From Octopus vulgaris (taxonomy: Eukaryota), in contig OX597830.1 in assembly GCA_951406725.2 (NCBI GenBank), positions 14,632,001 to 14,696,000 on the forward strand: a DNA stretch of 64,000 nt. The letters run 5' to 3'. Of this stretch, positions 29,016-43,784 are shown in pieces. The notes beneath the pieces were generated by a model. The model did not search any database. It worked only from the letters and a program-made list of their open reading frames with translations, and was not told the DNA's origin. The translations under genes were made by a program, and so were the position numbers. The number at the start of each line of letters is the position of its first letter. The stretch's first letter is position 1.

Positions 29016-29385
29016 ATAACATACATACATACATACATACATACATACATACATACATACATACATACAGACGTACGTACATACATACATACATACATAC
29101 ATACATACATACAGACGTAAATACATACATAAATACATACATACATACAGACGTAAATACATACATACATACATACATACAGACGTACGTACATACATAC
29201 ATACATACATACAGACGTAAATACATACATGCATACATACATACAGACCTAAATACATACATAAATACATACATACATACAGACGTAAATACATACATAC
29301 ATACATACATACATACATACAGACGTACGTACATACATACATACATACAGACGTACATACATACATACATACAGACGTACATACA
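29016..29385. repeat. (ACAT)n with recurring ACAGACGT variant units
   Basis: Seen directly. Confidence 0.95.
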
Positions 29386-29387
29386 TA

Positions 29388-29590
29388 TTGCTCATGTACC
29401 CTGACTATGAATTCTCATTTGTACTTCTAATCATAGGTTCCTTAGGTTATGTACGAACAACTTTGCACAACAACATAGAACTAATCGGTTTCACTCAGAA
29501 AGAGTACAAGAAACTGACACGGATTCTCCAAATTCAATCTATGAGTGGCACTATGAAGATGTGTAAGATATTCTAAAAATTCTTCATGTG
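29388..29590 (+). mobile_element. 3' end of an R4/Dong-like RLE LINE
   Basis: YPDYEFSFVLLIIGSLGYV...LQIQSMSGTMKMCKIF, homologous to 13015-13290. Confidence 0.7.
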
Positions 29591-29666
29591 AGATTCTTAC
29601 GTGAACAGATGCACATAATTGGGTGCATGCATCGCATTCAACCAACACACCAACTCAAGCATATAT

Positions 29667-30090
29667 GGATCTTTTCGGTTTGAACGGCAGTTTTTAACAT
29701 AATTTCTAGGTAACTAAACACTTTTAAACTTCGTATACTGGTAGAATGTGTTTATAAAACATCTTTTTCTCTTGGCTTTATTGAGAAAATTCTATAGTTT
29801 GTAAGATATTTGTTGTTTTTGTTTTCTTCAATTTCTGCAATTTCAACCAATCAATGACGTCCATTGAGGTAAAATAACATTCTGTGCCGTATGAATATGT
29901 CCCTTGTTAAAGAAACATTGGGTTTATTTACATTTATGAAGAAAAAAAGATACTCTTGTCCCCACCCCTAACCCTAACCCTAACCCTAAAACAGATTGAA
30001 ATGCAATAGATCAATACTAGGGCCATAATTATGGGTGACAATTTCATATGACACCGCTAGAAAAAAACTGCCGTTCAAACCGATAAGATC
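29667..30090. mobile_element. MITE with ~28-bp TIRs and an 8-9 bp TSD
   Basis: GATCTTTTCGGTTTGAACGGCAGTTTTT ... AAAAACTGCCGTTCAAACCGATAAGATC; flanks agcatatat / agcacatat; internal (CCCTAA)4. Confidence 0.85.
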
Positions 30091-31101
30091 AGCACATATT
30101 TACAAACATCGTGAAATCTCTGAACTCAAAAACTCTTGTGTTGTCAATGACCGGCTTGAACTCTCTTAAGAGCTGAAATAAACTCAACAAAAACATCGTG
30201 CATACATATTGAAACTACAGAAATGCAAGATATTATACCAGAGGTTTACGTTATAATAATTAAGTACACCAACAAACAGATGCATATATACCACACCTAA
30301 GTCAAAACATCTGGATCCACTTGTATACGTACACATACAAACATACAGACGTACATACTTAAAATACATTACTGATGTTTATCTTCCAATACATAAATCA
30401 TGTTTCTAAGTTACAAATTTGTTCTTTATCTACTGGAAAATATAACCAGAATGTGTATATGTACACTTTCACAGAGCTGTGTGTGAGTGTGTATATATGC
30501 GTATATATGTACGTATGTATGTACGTTTGCAGATTATATTTTTACTGAAATTTGTATACAAATACAAATAAACTAGGTGTGTCATTCGGTTTAGTCCACA
30601 AACACACACACACAACACTGATGCACGCGTATGTACGTACCCATGGAATGTGTGTTTCAATTGTAAAAAAATTAGGGGTTTATAGTTAGACTGGCCTTGG
30701 GTGCGCGCTTCTAATCGTACCGGAAGTTAAGCAACCTGCAGGTACCATGATTTCTGGACATTCTTCTTTAAATAAGGTATCTCGCATCTCAAATAAGACT
30801 AGATATTTTAATCACTTTCGTGTGTTGTGGCTTCATACATTTCTCATCAGTGTTAAATCCATCATGTAACCTGGGTTAACTATAATTTATTGATCATGGG
30901 TGTATAGCACCTGATTAACATAGATATATATTGTATATTTATGATTTTATATATATATTCATATATATTTATATGACATATATATATATATTCATATATA
31001 TTTATCTGAGATATATATATTCATATATATTTATATGACATATATATATATATTCATATATATGCATCAAATGAAATAAAAAAGAGAACACAAAGGATGT
31101 C

Positions 31102-31193
31102 ACGGTACACGTGTTTCAAGCTTTATAAAACAACCTATCCTTACATCAATGTATAATCGACATAATAGATGGTTTAAAGCTCTCTTCAGCCGC
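31102..31193 (-). ncRNA. Type I hammerhead ribozyme, palindromic stem III
   Basis: gcgg-CTGAAGA-gagcttta..taaagctt-GAAA-cacgtg-TA|ccgt. Confidence 0.75.
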
Positions 31194-31278
31194 ATGCAAT
31201 TGCTGTACCAAAGGCTTACATCACATTATGCAAAATCTGAAAAGGTATATTCATATATATTTATATGACATGAATAAA

Positions 31279-31696
31279 TATAGCAATGAGAAAATGGAAG
31301 GGATCAAGAGATGGTAGTCATCAAATTTTAGACATTATATTATGTCTATTTATTTATTTATTTATTCATTCATTTATTTATTTAAAAAAACAATTTTAAC
31401 AATATACATACATGTATAACCTATGCTTTACATATATAAAAATACCAGTAATTATTAAAATATATAACGTAGAAAATAGAAAGAAACTATTCTACTATTC
31501 TACTTTCTATGTTCTACGTTATATATTTTAATAATTACTGGTATTTTCATATTTTATATATTATATATGTAAAGCATGTTATACATGTATGTAAATTGTT
31601 ATAATTGTTTTTTTAAAAAAATAAATAGACATAATATAATATCTAAAAGTTGATGAATATTACCTCTTGAACTCCTCCATTTTCTTATTGCTGTAT
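31279..31696. repeat. Long imperfect palindrome, ~200-bp arms
   Basis: Arms mirror around ~31490 (aataccagtaattatt / aataattactggtatt; tagcaatgagaaaatgga / tccattttcttattgctg). Confidence 0.8.
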
Positions 31697-31874
31697 AAAT
31701 TAAGGGTAAAACAACTTTTTACTCTCACCCATTTATTACATTCAGTAGTGTAATTTCCATGCAATGAAAAAAAACAATTGTGTATTAATAATTGGGTATT
31801 CTATCAGCAGTATATTGGATAGATATTATCCCTTAGTTGGTTGGATTCACAACCTCTGACTTTCTTGGAATATA

Positions 31875-32273
31875 TCTTTATATATAAAAGTGAAGTTGTG
31901 TGTCTGTCTCCTACGATTTAGATTCCTAACTACTCCCACATTTTGCGGTGCAGTTTAACCAAAACCGGGTATCTTATAGTCATGATTCATATCGAGCCCT
32001 TCTGGTTATTAGCGCGCGTCTACGATGAGTCTACGATTTAAAAAAAAAATTACCATAATTTTTTTCCATTTTAATGCATTTTTTTCGCTATTACATAAGG
32101 GAAGTAACTCTCTAAAAATGTCTACGATGAGTCAACGATTTAAAAAAAAATTTAGCATAATTTATTTTCCATTTTTAGTGCATTTTTTTGCTATTTTTTG
32201 GCTATAACTCTCTAAAAATGCTTATATAGTTATTTCCCTTACAAACCCGAGCAACGCCGGGCGATACTGCTAG
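31875..32273 (+). mobile_element. Non-autonomous Helitron
   Basis: 5' TC after A, 3' CTAG before T, subterminal hairpin CCCG-agcaacgc-CGGG, no TSD. Confidence 0.85.
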
Positions 32274-35113
32274 TATGTATATATATAAAGAGAGAGAGAG
32301 AGAGAGGCTGGAAGAGAGAGAGAGAGAGAGAGAGAGATAAATAGATAACTTATCCGGAGAATATATACACTGAACGCTATACTTAACCATCTTTCGGGTT
32401 CCGTTGCGGGTATATCTTGCTGAACATCGAGGAAGTGTATTAATTTGTCGAAATATAAGTCGAAACGTATGTTTGCTTTATAAGCATAGAATAACAAACC
32501 CGTTTTTGTGGGGAGGGGGTATCAATACTGTATAACGTCTGTGTGTGTGATTGTGTGTATGTGTGTGTGTGTTTGTGCATCCATATACACATATATGTTT
32601 GATGAAATTTATTACTCTGGCATGATCAAAAGTAACTGTACTTCACTCAAAAGTCGGAATCAAACCCTTGGTGAATTTTTGCAATTATATTTTTAGTTTT
32701 CACTATAATACCAGAGATGAACAAAGAATGATGTGAAGCTTCAGTACTACTGAATGGGAAAAAAAAATAAATGAATAGAAAAATGTTACTGAATTGAGAA
32801 TTTAAGTTGTTGATAAAGTTATATTGATGGATACTGAATATTATATATTTCTAGTTTTAACCATGGTGTAGACGATGTACGCGACGAATTGTTTAAAATC
32901 TACAGCCAACAGAACGTAGTGACGAATTTTACAAGTTTGTTGCACTGAAAACCTTGAAGGATTGACAGATTTAGAATGTGATTACATAATTAATTTCAAA
33001 TGTAAATCTAGGCTTTTTCTATAGCTTAACAAAAATTCACAACATAAAATAAGTGAAGCATACCATGAATCCACGAGAATATGCATTAATATCCTTTCAC
33101 CAATCGATTTAAAATGGCGACAAATAACAACTGGCCTAAAAATTGTGCCCCACTCCCGCCTGAGTTATTTTTAAGACATCATATTGAAGCCATTTTTTAA
33201 AAAATCACATCAGTGCTGATCTAGATATGTTTATCCACCTCTTCAAATGATCGATAAAAAACATGTGCATCATTTAATGTAGTGAATTTGAATACAAACA
33301 TCCCTCACATCTAGGAAATGGGAGCGGTTGGAAAATTATGCAGGACTACAAAACTATAGAGGAAAAAAACAAAAAGACGTCAACTATTACTGAAAAAATG
33401 CCTGTTGGAGACGAAAGTAGTCCCACACTATTCAAATTTAGTCATGAGATATTGTTTTGTAACAAGAATTACTACGAAACTATGGAGATTATTTTTATCA
33501 ATATATGAAACAAGAACTCGATTATTTTATTTTTTGGCATGAAAGCTAAATTAGATGAATTTAAAATACTACTCAGTAGAATAATGAATAGCATTGACTT
33601 TTAAATACTTTAGTAAATGATAGTCAACAATCGAAGTCAGACGCCTATGTCTTCCAACTTACAGCCATATCGTTGCTTTACCTTGTATCATTCGAAATAC
33701 ACTCGAATAATATGCCTTTTAATTTAGCCGAAAGACGTACAATTTATGCCCAATATAATTACACTCAATATACAACCCCGTGAACATAAAGTGATGCTCA
33801 TCGATAAACATTATTTACCATTCTTAATAGTAGATGGGCTACAATGAACCGGGACAATTGATGTGCAGAAACTAAGAATAATAAGACCAAACAATAGTCA
33901 TATCACCACATGTCTTTACTCACAATCTTGGAAACAACAAAGCCTATGATATTGTTGTTTAAAATGTACCGAAGTTGAAATAGGCCGCCAGGAAGACTTT
34001 GGATTATACAAGCGCATACGGAGAAAAAGTAAAAAGCAACGACAAACATTAACGCGAATATTTGCAGATGCTGAATTACATTTCACAGCAACAAAAACCA
34101 ACAGTCAAAAAGTGTAGATGATGTAAATGTGTGTGTTTTCTTCTTTTTTTTTTAATTAAAGCTTCAGAATTCCCTTTTAAACAAGAAGAATGTATCAAAA
34201 AAGAAAAAAAAAGTGATATTGCTTGTGGGTTCGGAAATATTAATTATGAAATGATATGCTCAGGATATAGAGCGATAAAACAGAATAACCTTAAAAAAAA
34301 AAAAAAAGCGAATGACACTGCATTGCGAACAAATTCGATTTCCCATTTGTAGACAAATATGTTTCTGTGAATCTATAGACACGTTCTGGGAATCAACAGC
34401 AGAATGCTAAAATTTTCTATTATATTAATGTAGTATCAAAACATAGGAATAAATGCAGTTAAAGAAAAGAAATACTGAGCACACTTAAATATGCATATTT
34501 AATTAACTAACAGTTATTATTAATGATTGAAGAAAATGAATATTTCCCTCTTTACCATACCTTTTACTGTCAGTAGCACTCATTTATTACGTCCCTTGTT
34601 ACTGACAACACCTATTTATTGCGTAAGGAAATTCCAACAGCCTCAACAGCTAGTTATAGAATCATGTAATCATAACATTATTTATTCTGAATTCATGAAT
34701 ATCATTTTAAAACTGAGATCGTCAGATTACATAAGTATATATTTCGTCTATTTTCAATACACACGCAAACGCACGCGGACACAAACACACGCACACACAC
34801 ACACAGGTCCACACACACATATATACACTTATATATACTTATGCATGTTGTATGTGTGTGTGAAGCAAAGGCACAACTTTGACCAAAGAACTTTTACATT
34901 CATACAGATGAACGCACACTAGTTTGCATTCTGAAATGTATTTTAATTTAAGACGGTAGTGTGTAGTTTGAGGAGTATTTAACCACTAAGTTTTAGCAAG
35001 TAGAGTAAAAAAAGAGACATCTTAAGTATATATATATATATATATATGTATATAATCGCACGTGCATGCATGCTGCTGTCTATCTATCAAGCTATCTATC
35101 GAGCTATTTATAT

Positions 35114-35297
35114 ATCAAAATAAGCAACACGATATCCAGAGTTAATGCAGTACGATCGTTTCAAGCGACTCGATTTAATTGTACAATGCAACCATTACAT
35201 CAATTTAAATGCAGAGCAATCCTCAACTGCAATTAAATGGAGTTGCTTGAAACGATCGTACTGCATTAACTCTGGATATCCTGTTGCTTATTTTGAT
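35114..35297. repeat. Fold-back element, ~68-bp arms
   Basis: atcaaaataagcaaca..cagtacgatcgtttcaagc / gcttgaaacgatcgtactg..tgttgcttattttgat. Confidence 0.9.
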
Positions 35298-35737
35298 TTT
35301 AATCACCTTATTTTGAAACTATATGGATAGTATCGTACTAAAATCTTGTGCCTCAACTTAAGTACCTAATTAATCTGAAGCTAAATTCATATATGTTGAA
35401 GCTGAAAAATTATCACAGAACAGTTACTCAGAGTTTCACGTTCCCTTTCGTCGGACAGTTGTGATGGAAAACTTGAGCACTATTTTTCCACCTTTTGCAT
35501 TTATATGCTCACATGTATGTATGTATGTATGTACGTATGTATGTATGTAAGTATGTATGTATTAGAGGTTGCAAGACGCAATGAAAGTTTTAGGAAAAAT
35601 AAATAAATGCGTAGAAATCGAACCAGTGACTGTGTTAAGTAATAAGTCACTAAAAGAAAGTAACTCTACCCAGACACAATGATATATATATATATTGTAT
35701 ATATATATATATATCAGCATATTCTGCTCATAACAAA

Positions 35738-35799
35738 CTACGCTGACGAAGCTTCAGATATCCTTGTGATATTAATAGCTGAAACTGTACGGTACGTAG
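35738..35799 (+). ncRNA. Type I hammerhead ribozyme, canonical core
   Basis: ctacg-CTGACGA-agct..agct-GAAA-ctg-ta-cgg-TA|cgtag; all three stems pair. Confidence 0.8.
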
Positions 35800-35957
35800 G
35801 TGATTATTCCATTTATTATATTTCTTTTGTCTTATCCATTGCTTTAGGTCGTGCTGAATTTTAATTTTATTTGAGAACAAAATCTTTGTGGAGAATGGCG
35901 ATTTGACGTCTATATCTAGCATGTTGAATGTCCACCTTTCGTGTTCAGTCCTTAATT

Positions 35958-36027
<70 letters not shown>

Positions 36028-36065
36028 TATATATATGCATATATGTGTGTGTGCGTGTATATATG

Positions 36066-36368
36066 GGCGCAATTGTGGCTGTGTGGTAAGTAGCTTGTTT
36101 CTCAACCACATGACTCCGGATTCAGTCCCAATGCGTGGCACCTTGAGCAAATGTCTTCTACTATACCCTCGGGCCGACCAAAGCCTTGTGAGTGGATTTG
36201 GTAGACGGAATCTGAAAGAAGCCCGTCGTATGTTTACTTAGCAGTTCAGCAAAAGAGACGATAGAATAAGTACTAGACTTACAAAGAATAAGTCCTGGGG
36301 TCGATTAGTTCAAGTAAATGCGGTGCTCCAGCAAAGCCGCTGTCAAATGACTGAAATAAGCAAAAGAA
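36066..36368 (+). mobile_element. SINE family B, internally deleted
   Basis: Head and tail match the other copies. Confidence 0.85.
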
Positions 36369-36467
36369 TAACAGAATATATATATATATATGTATATCTT
36401 ATCTACATACACATATATATATATGTATATATGTACATCTTTCTATACACACACACACACACATAAT

Positions 36468-36504
<37 letters not shown>

Positions 36505-36745
36505 ACAGCGTAATACAGAAGAACCGAAGTGCATCTATACATCAGAAAGCCTCACAGTGGGAGAATAAGAATGTATTGACGCTCTCACTACATCCCTTGT
36601 AACATATCGTAGCATTCAAATTTATTTCAGAACTAATTTACACTCTGTTGTAAAGACACCGTTTAATAAGTGGGGAGAGGTTAAAAACCAATACAAGAAA
36701 ATTCGGTTTTTCCATTAATGCGCTAGCCTATTTTAGGACTGCCTC

Positions 36746-37979
<1,234 letters not shown>

Positions 37980-40004
37980 AATGGGGAGAGCTGCTTATTA
38001 ATTAGGTATGTGACAGTTGCTAAAAGAAAGCAATTATTAAAAGTCTGACCATCTGAAATTTTTTTAATAAATTCATGTTCTCAAAAATTTTCCTATAATT
38101 TCGATTTCTGAAGTTTATTGAATTTTTGAACTCCAATTTTTTACAAATTTAAATGATAGCTGCATCCATCGCGGTGTATCCCGTTTTCATTTGCAAAGTC
38201 TTACAGTCTCTATTGTAATGTTTTCATTTCAAGTTTATTCTATATACGTAATATAAAAACATTATTTATTGAATTAATTTTTTCTTATATACCGGTATAA
38301 TTTTTGTGGAAAAGAATTAAGAAGTGATTTTGTTGTAGCTGTTTGGAAAACTATAAGCCCTAAAAAAATAACTATCTGGACCGATTTTTGACACCTTTTA
38401 AAACTTAAAAATCGTATGAGGAACCTTTTCGGTAAAAAAAGAAAATATTGTAAATATTTTCAGAAGTAAAGGTAAACAATTCAAGGGAGGTTTGGTTGTT
38501 GTTTCTAACACAACCCAAACCACCCTTCGTTTTCACTCTCACATGTATTGATTTTTTTTTCAAATTTTTTTCTCCCATTAAACACATATCATGGAATGAT
38601 GATGCCGAAGTATGCGTGGTCCATTTGTGGAATATAAGCAATAACAAAAATTTAGAATCAAAATTGCTAAACCCCCCCCCCACTTCAATCAAGCGAAGCC
38701 ATGTGTGCGCGTAAGAAAAAAACATTTTGTAACAGAAAAGAATGCTATTAAGATGAATTATTATTTATGTAACTCCTTTTTTTAAATCATTGTGGATAAA
38801 TGTCAGCAATGACATTCTCAGACTCTCCAATATTTAAAATCATAAACAGAAACAATCGGAGCAGGGAGTGGGATTGCAAAACAATCATAATTTTTCAAAT
38901 TTTAAATTTTATAGCATATAGATGTATTTATGGGGGGAAACAATGAAAAACATCAATACATGTTTGAGCGATAAAGAAACGAGGCGGGTTCTCTTGGAAT
39001 GTGCTAGAAACAACAGCCAAATCTTCCTTAAATCACTCACTTTTCCCTCCGAAAATATTGACAATCTTTAAAATTTTTTACCGAAAAAGTTCCTCCCATG
39101 GCTTTCAAGTGCAAAAGTAATTGGCTAAAATAGGTCCGGAGTCTGATGATGAGAAGGGGTGTAAAAAACATTTTCAGAACTTTTTTCATACAAAGATGCA
39201 GCTCCACCCCACCTACCCCATCATATCGAAGGCTGTGGTTTATAGAAATATGGGGTAAGTCCCCGTCAAAACAGAGTAGTTCTAACTTATTTGGTTTTCC
39301 CGATCCGAAACTCCGTATTACCGAAACTCCTCTCCCCACCCCATCGGAAAAAAATTTTTCCCACAAATTTCTTTATAATCGTAATTTATGCCGTTTGAAA
39401 GATATTTGTTTAAAATTTCATGTAAACATACCTACTTCCCAAAAGTTATGAGCGAAAAAAGTCGGATCATGTGAATTTTCCAAAATACCTCTCTCCATCC
39501 CCTCGGGAAAAATCTCTCCCATAAATCCCTGCATACTCTGAAGCCACAACATCTAAATGGTATTTGTAGAAAATTTTGTTAAAAATCATCTACTTTTCTG
39601 GATGTTGTGTGGCAACAAATTCGGGGCCGTATGCATCTGTATTTATGCCCTTTTATTTATACGCTTTTTTCATTCATGTTTGTTCAATTCATTATTTGTA
39701 ATATCCTCGTTCCTCCTCACTCTCTCAATTACACACACTGCAAAGCTTGCAGATGGGCTGCTAAACTGAAATATTTATGTTGCTTTGAGTGGTATGTTAA
39801 ACTTGACAGACTGGTACCCCCTCCGTACTTAGACTACCTTGATGCTTGCTTAACAAAAGAGAGTTTACGACAGTGATAAAATAATGAAAGCAATATTTAC
39901 TAAGCAACTGAACTCTATTATACAAAGAAACGATTAGACGTAAAATATAAACATTATTACAATTGGGAATCAAATATGGAAATATTATCAAGTGGTTATT
40001 CTTT

Positions 40005-40250
40005 TACACGCTTTAGTCGTATGGCTGCGGTCATGCTGACGCCTTAAAGGGTTGTATGGCTGCAATCATGCTGGCACCTTAAAGGGTTTTAGTCGAATAA
40101 ATCGATCCCAGAACTTTGTGAGCCTAGTACATATTCTATAGGTCTCTTTTGCCGAAACGTTAAGTTTCGAGGATGTAAATACACCAACATCGGTTATCAA
40201 GCGATGATGGTGGGGACATAGACGCAAAGACACACACACATAGATATATT

Positions 40251-40319
<69 letters not shown>

Positions 40320-40866
40320 TGGCTGACCCCTCGTTATCAAGTATGGCCATTGCACAAAGCTTAATCAATGTTGTTATCGTGCAATGCCTGTGCAAGCAGA
40401 TTTTTTTTTAAAGTGAGAAAAGGCTGAGCACTGAGTCAATCCCACTCACTAAGCAACAGCAGCCATAATCCGAAAAGAAAAACAAGTCAACACCATCGGT
40501 AACCACTGAGCCTCAGGTTTTATGTCGGAGTTATCCCAGTTACCTGAGTTACCTTCTCCTAGAAGGATGTCCTAACAAAGGCTAGGAGTCCTTCACTCCC
40601 AATGGTTTAACCGCGCGATCGGGTATTCAGTCCGATTATTTCTGTCCCCGCACCTGATACAGCCTTAAGACATTTATTGGATGGCCGTTGACTCTCAAGA
40701 GTTCCTCCGCCCTTTGACGGGTTTTGATTTTCATTCCTCAGGGTGTCCAATAAACACCCTCCTCACCAAGCAAGCTTGGTGGGGTTGCCGGTTTAGTCGC
40801 CGACGACCCGACCATGCAACAGGTTGTACTGGGTTACATGTTACCAGTAGCCCTCGAAAGTGACCT

Positions 40867-40932
<66 letters not shown>

Positions 40933-41080
40933 CATACATACACACGACGGGCTTCTTTCAGTTTTCGTCTACCAAATTCACTCACAAGGCTTTAGTCAAC
41001 CCGAAGATATATAGTAAAAGACACTTGCCCATGGTGCTACGCAGTGAGACCGAACCCAGAACCATGTGGTTGGGAAGCAA
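40005..41080 (-). mobile_element. SINE family B split by a family D insertion
   Basis: Tail at ~40005-40235, head at ~40945-41080. Confidence 0.75.
40318..40870 (-). mobile_element. Family D copy
   Basis: Collinear with 28395-29015. Confidence 0.85.
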
Positions 41081-41127
41081 CCACATGGTTCTGGGTATAT
41101 ATGTATATTTAAATATTTATTTATCAC

Positions 41128-41168
41128 AACTGTCCGACGAACGGGAACGTGAAACTCGCTGTAATATT
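41128..41168 (+). ncRNA. Degenerate minimal hammerhead motif; second copy at 35419-35460 (-)
   Basis: aactgt-CCGACGA-acg-ggaa-cgt-GAAA-ctc..-TA. Confidence 0.45.
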
Positions 41169-41288
41169 TCTGCGATAATTTTGCAGTTTTAATAAAAAAA
41201 GTATATTACTCTACCTTTGGTATTCGAGTACTCTTTTTAAATCCTTGTTTTGTACCTATGTGCTCACCTCTGTGTGTGCATTTGTGTG

Positions 41289-41357
<69 letters not shown>

Positions 41358-41571
41358 ATATAAATAATATATAAATATATGCATATATACATACATATAT
41401 GTATATATCTACATATATATGTATATATACATGCATATATGGATATAGGACATCAAAAAAACGTTGAACACAATGAGAAACGAAAACATAAAAACAAAAA
41501 CAGAAAACGAACTTTTTCGAACAACGAAAAAAAACAAACAGAGAAACGAGACATGCCACATAAAGAATATT

Positions 41572-41647
41572 CCCCTTCATCAGTTGTCCCTGTTTCATCT
41601 ACTCCCGTTCCGAAGGTAAAGACAATACGCGACTCCGTTGAAACAGT
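41572..41647 (-). ncRNA. Putative strand-permuted hammerhead-like RNA, copy 2
   Basis: tcgcg-TA-ttgtcttt-a-ccttc-GGAA-cggga...agggacaa-CTGATGA-agggg. Confidence 0.45.
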
Positions 41648-41648
41648 C

Positions 41649-41748
<100 letters not shown>

Positions 41749-42039
41749 TTATATATACATACATATGTATATATGCACAGACACACTCACAAACAGACAT
41801 ACACATACATACGCACGCACGCACTCACCCACATACATACACATATGAATATATGATTTATCTGAGTAGCTATATTAGTAACTGAATTTTCTATCATGAA
41901 ATCTGTGTGTGTGAACGAATGTATGTATAATTATTCTTAGAGCACTACATATAGTTTTACGATAATACGAAATAAAAGATAGATCTTTAATTAAACTTGC
42001 TATTTTGGTCTCACTGATAATGTAAACAAAGTAATTACG

Positions 42040-42235
42040 CGACGGCTTTCATCTGTCCGCGGACAGAGCAAGTGAGATCGATCTCATTAGATTCTGCTTT
42101 TCCTGAATTTTCATCAAAGAATGAATCCTCACCTTCTGTCAACGGTGTTATTTGTAACTTATGGTTATCTATAATGTATACACTCCTGGAGTCACTTAAA
42201 CTGGTCAGTCTGTTTTGCAATACAATACGTACTGC
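42040..42235 (-). CDS. Weak candidate host exon
   Basis: Open frame VRIVLQNRLTSLSDSRSVYIIDNHKLQITPLTEGED..., cag| acceptor, |GTAATT donor. Confidence 0.22.
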
Positions 42236-43339
42236 TGGCGGTTGGATTAACACGGAGGATTAATGAGTGCATTCGTACTGACTTACACGTTTTATCAGAG
42301 AAACTCTTACGCACTTTATCAGAGAAAAATCAGAGTTCACGATGAGATTAGTAGCCAATCACAAATTCCATCTATCCTCTCAGATGAAGCGAAACAAAAA
42401 TAATAGAAAATAGCAAAATACGAAAATTACTAATACTCTTCATCAACACTAAACATCCGTTGAAAACAACCCATTCACGACTACACAGAATCATATAATA
42501 CATCAGTATTCGGTTATAATATCCCCTCATCGGCGGAAACATAATTGATCATTTATGCAACGTTAATCATTATTTAGCATCAAAAAACCTCACTAAATCA
42601 ACCAGCATGATAGAGCGAAACAAATAAATAAATTTATAGTAGGATCCGCGTTGTCTGACCGCTGATATTAGATAAAACGTTAAACACTTATGGTATGCAA
42701 ATTAGCGGCTCCAGTTCACCGAAGTTACTGGATATGTTGGAATTGTAAGCTTGTTTCCCTGGGGTTGGTCAAGTGATAATGATACCGCTAATGAAACCCT
42801 AATAAGGATCGAAAATTGACTAAGATTTTTCATTCTTTTTATTTTCAATCTTCAGAGAAATGAGTTCAAGTTTCCATGTTTGTATGTCTAATACGCATGT
42901 TTGCATAGATAAGAGACATTTCTGAATGCCCTTAGTCACAGGGAGAGAGTCAATACCAAATGTCGTTTGAGTTTAGTGGAAGGAAGACAGAAAGTTGTTC
43001 TAAGATCGAAGATCTGACTTCGTTACTTGTAACAGAGGGAATTGTGTTCAGGTTATCCAGGAGCCAATTGGAAGAGTTCAATCGACTGACCAATTAACTG
43101 TGCCACACATGACTAGAAGCGATCCCTACGGTGGGTTTCCAAACATTTTACCTGTACGAAATTGCAATCACAAAGATTTGGACAATCATTCATCATGGTA
43201 CAAATTACTTGTCCGAAGTTTCACGCTTCAGAATTGAACCTAGAACCAAATAGTTTAGAATCTGTCTGTCAAAAAAAAAAAAGACTTATGCAACCTGTAA
43301 CTGCTATATGATATGATATGAAGGAATATGAAATATATT

Positions 43340-43602
43340 GCTTTCAAATTTTTGCACTAATCCAGTAAGTTCGGGGAAGTGGTAGGTCGATTATATCGAC
43401 TCCAGTGCTCCAAAGGTAGATATTTTATCGACCTCGAAAGGATAAAAGGTAAAGCTGAATACGACAGAAAATTAAGTTAGAACGTAAAGACGGACGAAAT
43501 GCCGCTGAGCACTTCGCCAGAAGTGCTAACGATTCTGCCAGTCGATGTAATTGACTCATCTCCACACCCAAAATTGCTGCCCCTGTGGCAAAATTTGAAA
43601 TC
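43340..43602. mobile_element. Diverged family A SINE pieces in mixed orientation
   Basis: Minus-strand core with a plus-strand 3' end. Confidence 0.65.
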
Positions 43603-43612
43603 ATCATTACTA

Positions 43613-43674
<62 letters not shown>

Positions 43675-43784
43675 GTTGTTGTTGTTGTTGTTGTTGCTGC
43701 TGCTGTTGTTTTTCTTGTTGTTATTATTATGATATGAAAACTCATAGCTTATTTTGTTGGACAGACTAATGGGACATATGTTTA

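Noticed and set aside
29966-29989. Telomere or chromosome-fusion scar
   Set aside because: Only four units, internal to a MITE
30810-30855. CTGATGA...GAAA on the minus strand
   Set aside because: Stems I and III do not pair
32418-32478. CTGAACA...GAAACGTATGTT, and CTGAAAA...GAAACGCTT at ~48277-48357 (-)
   Set aside because: Core mutated and stems too weak to call; possibly old decay products
32800-34100. AT-rich stretches that may be old DNA-transposon or LINE remnants (also 38000-39600, 55380-55960, 58360-58990)
   Set aside because: No motif or terminus that I can support by eye
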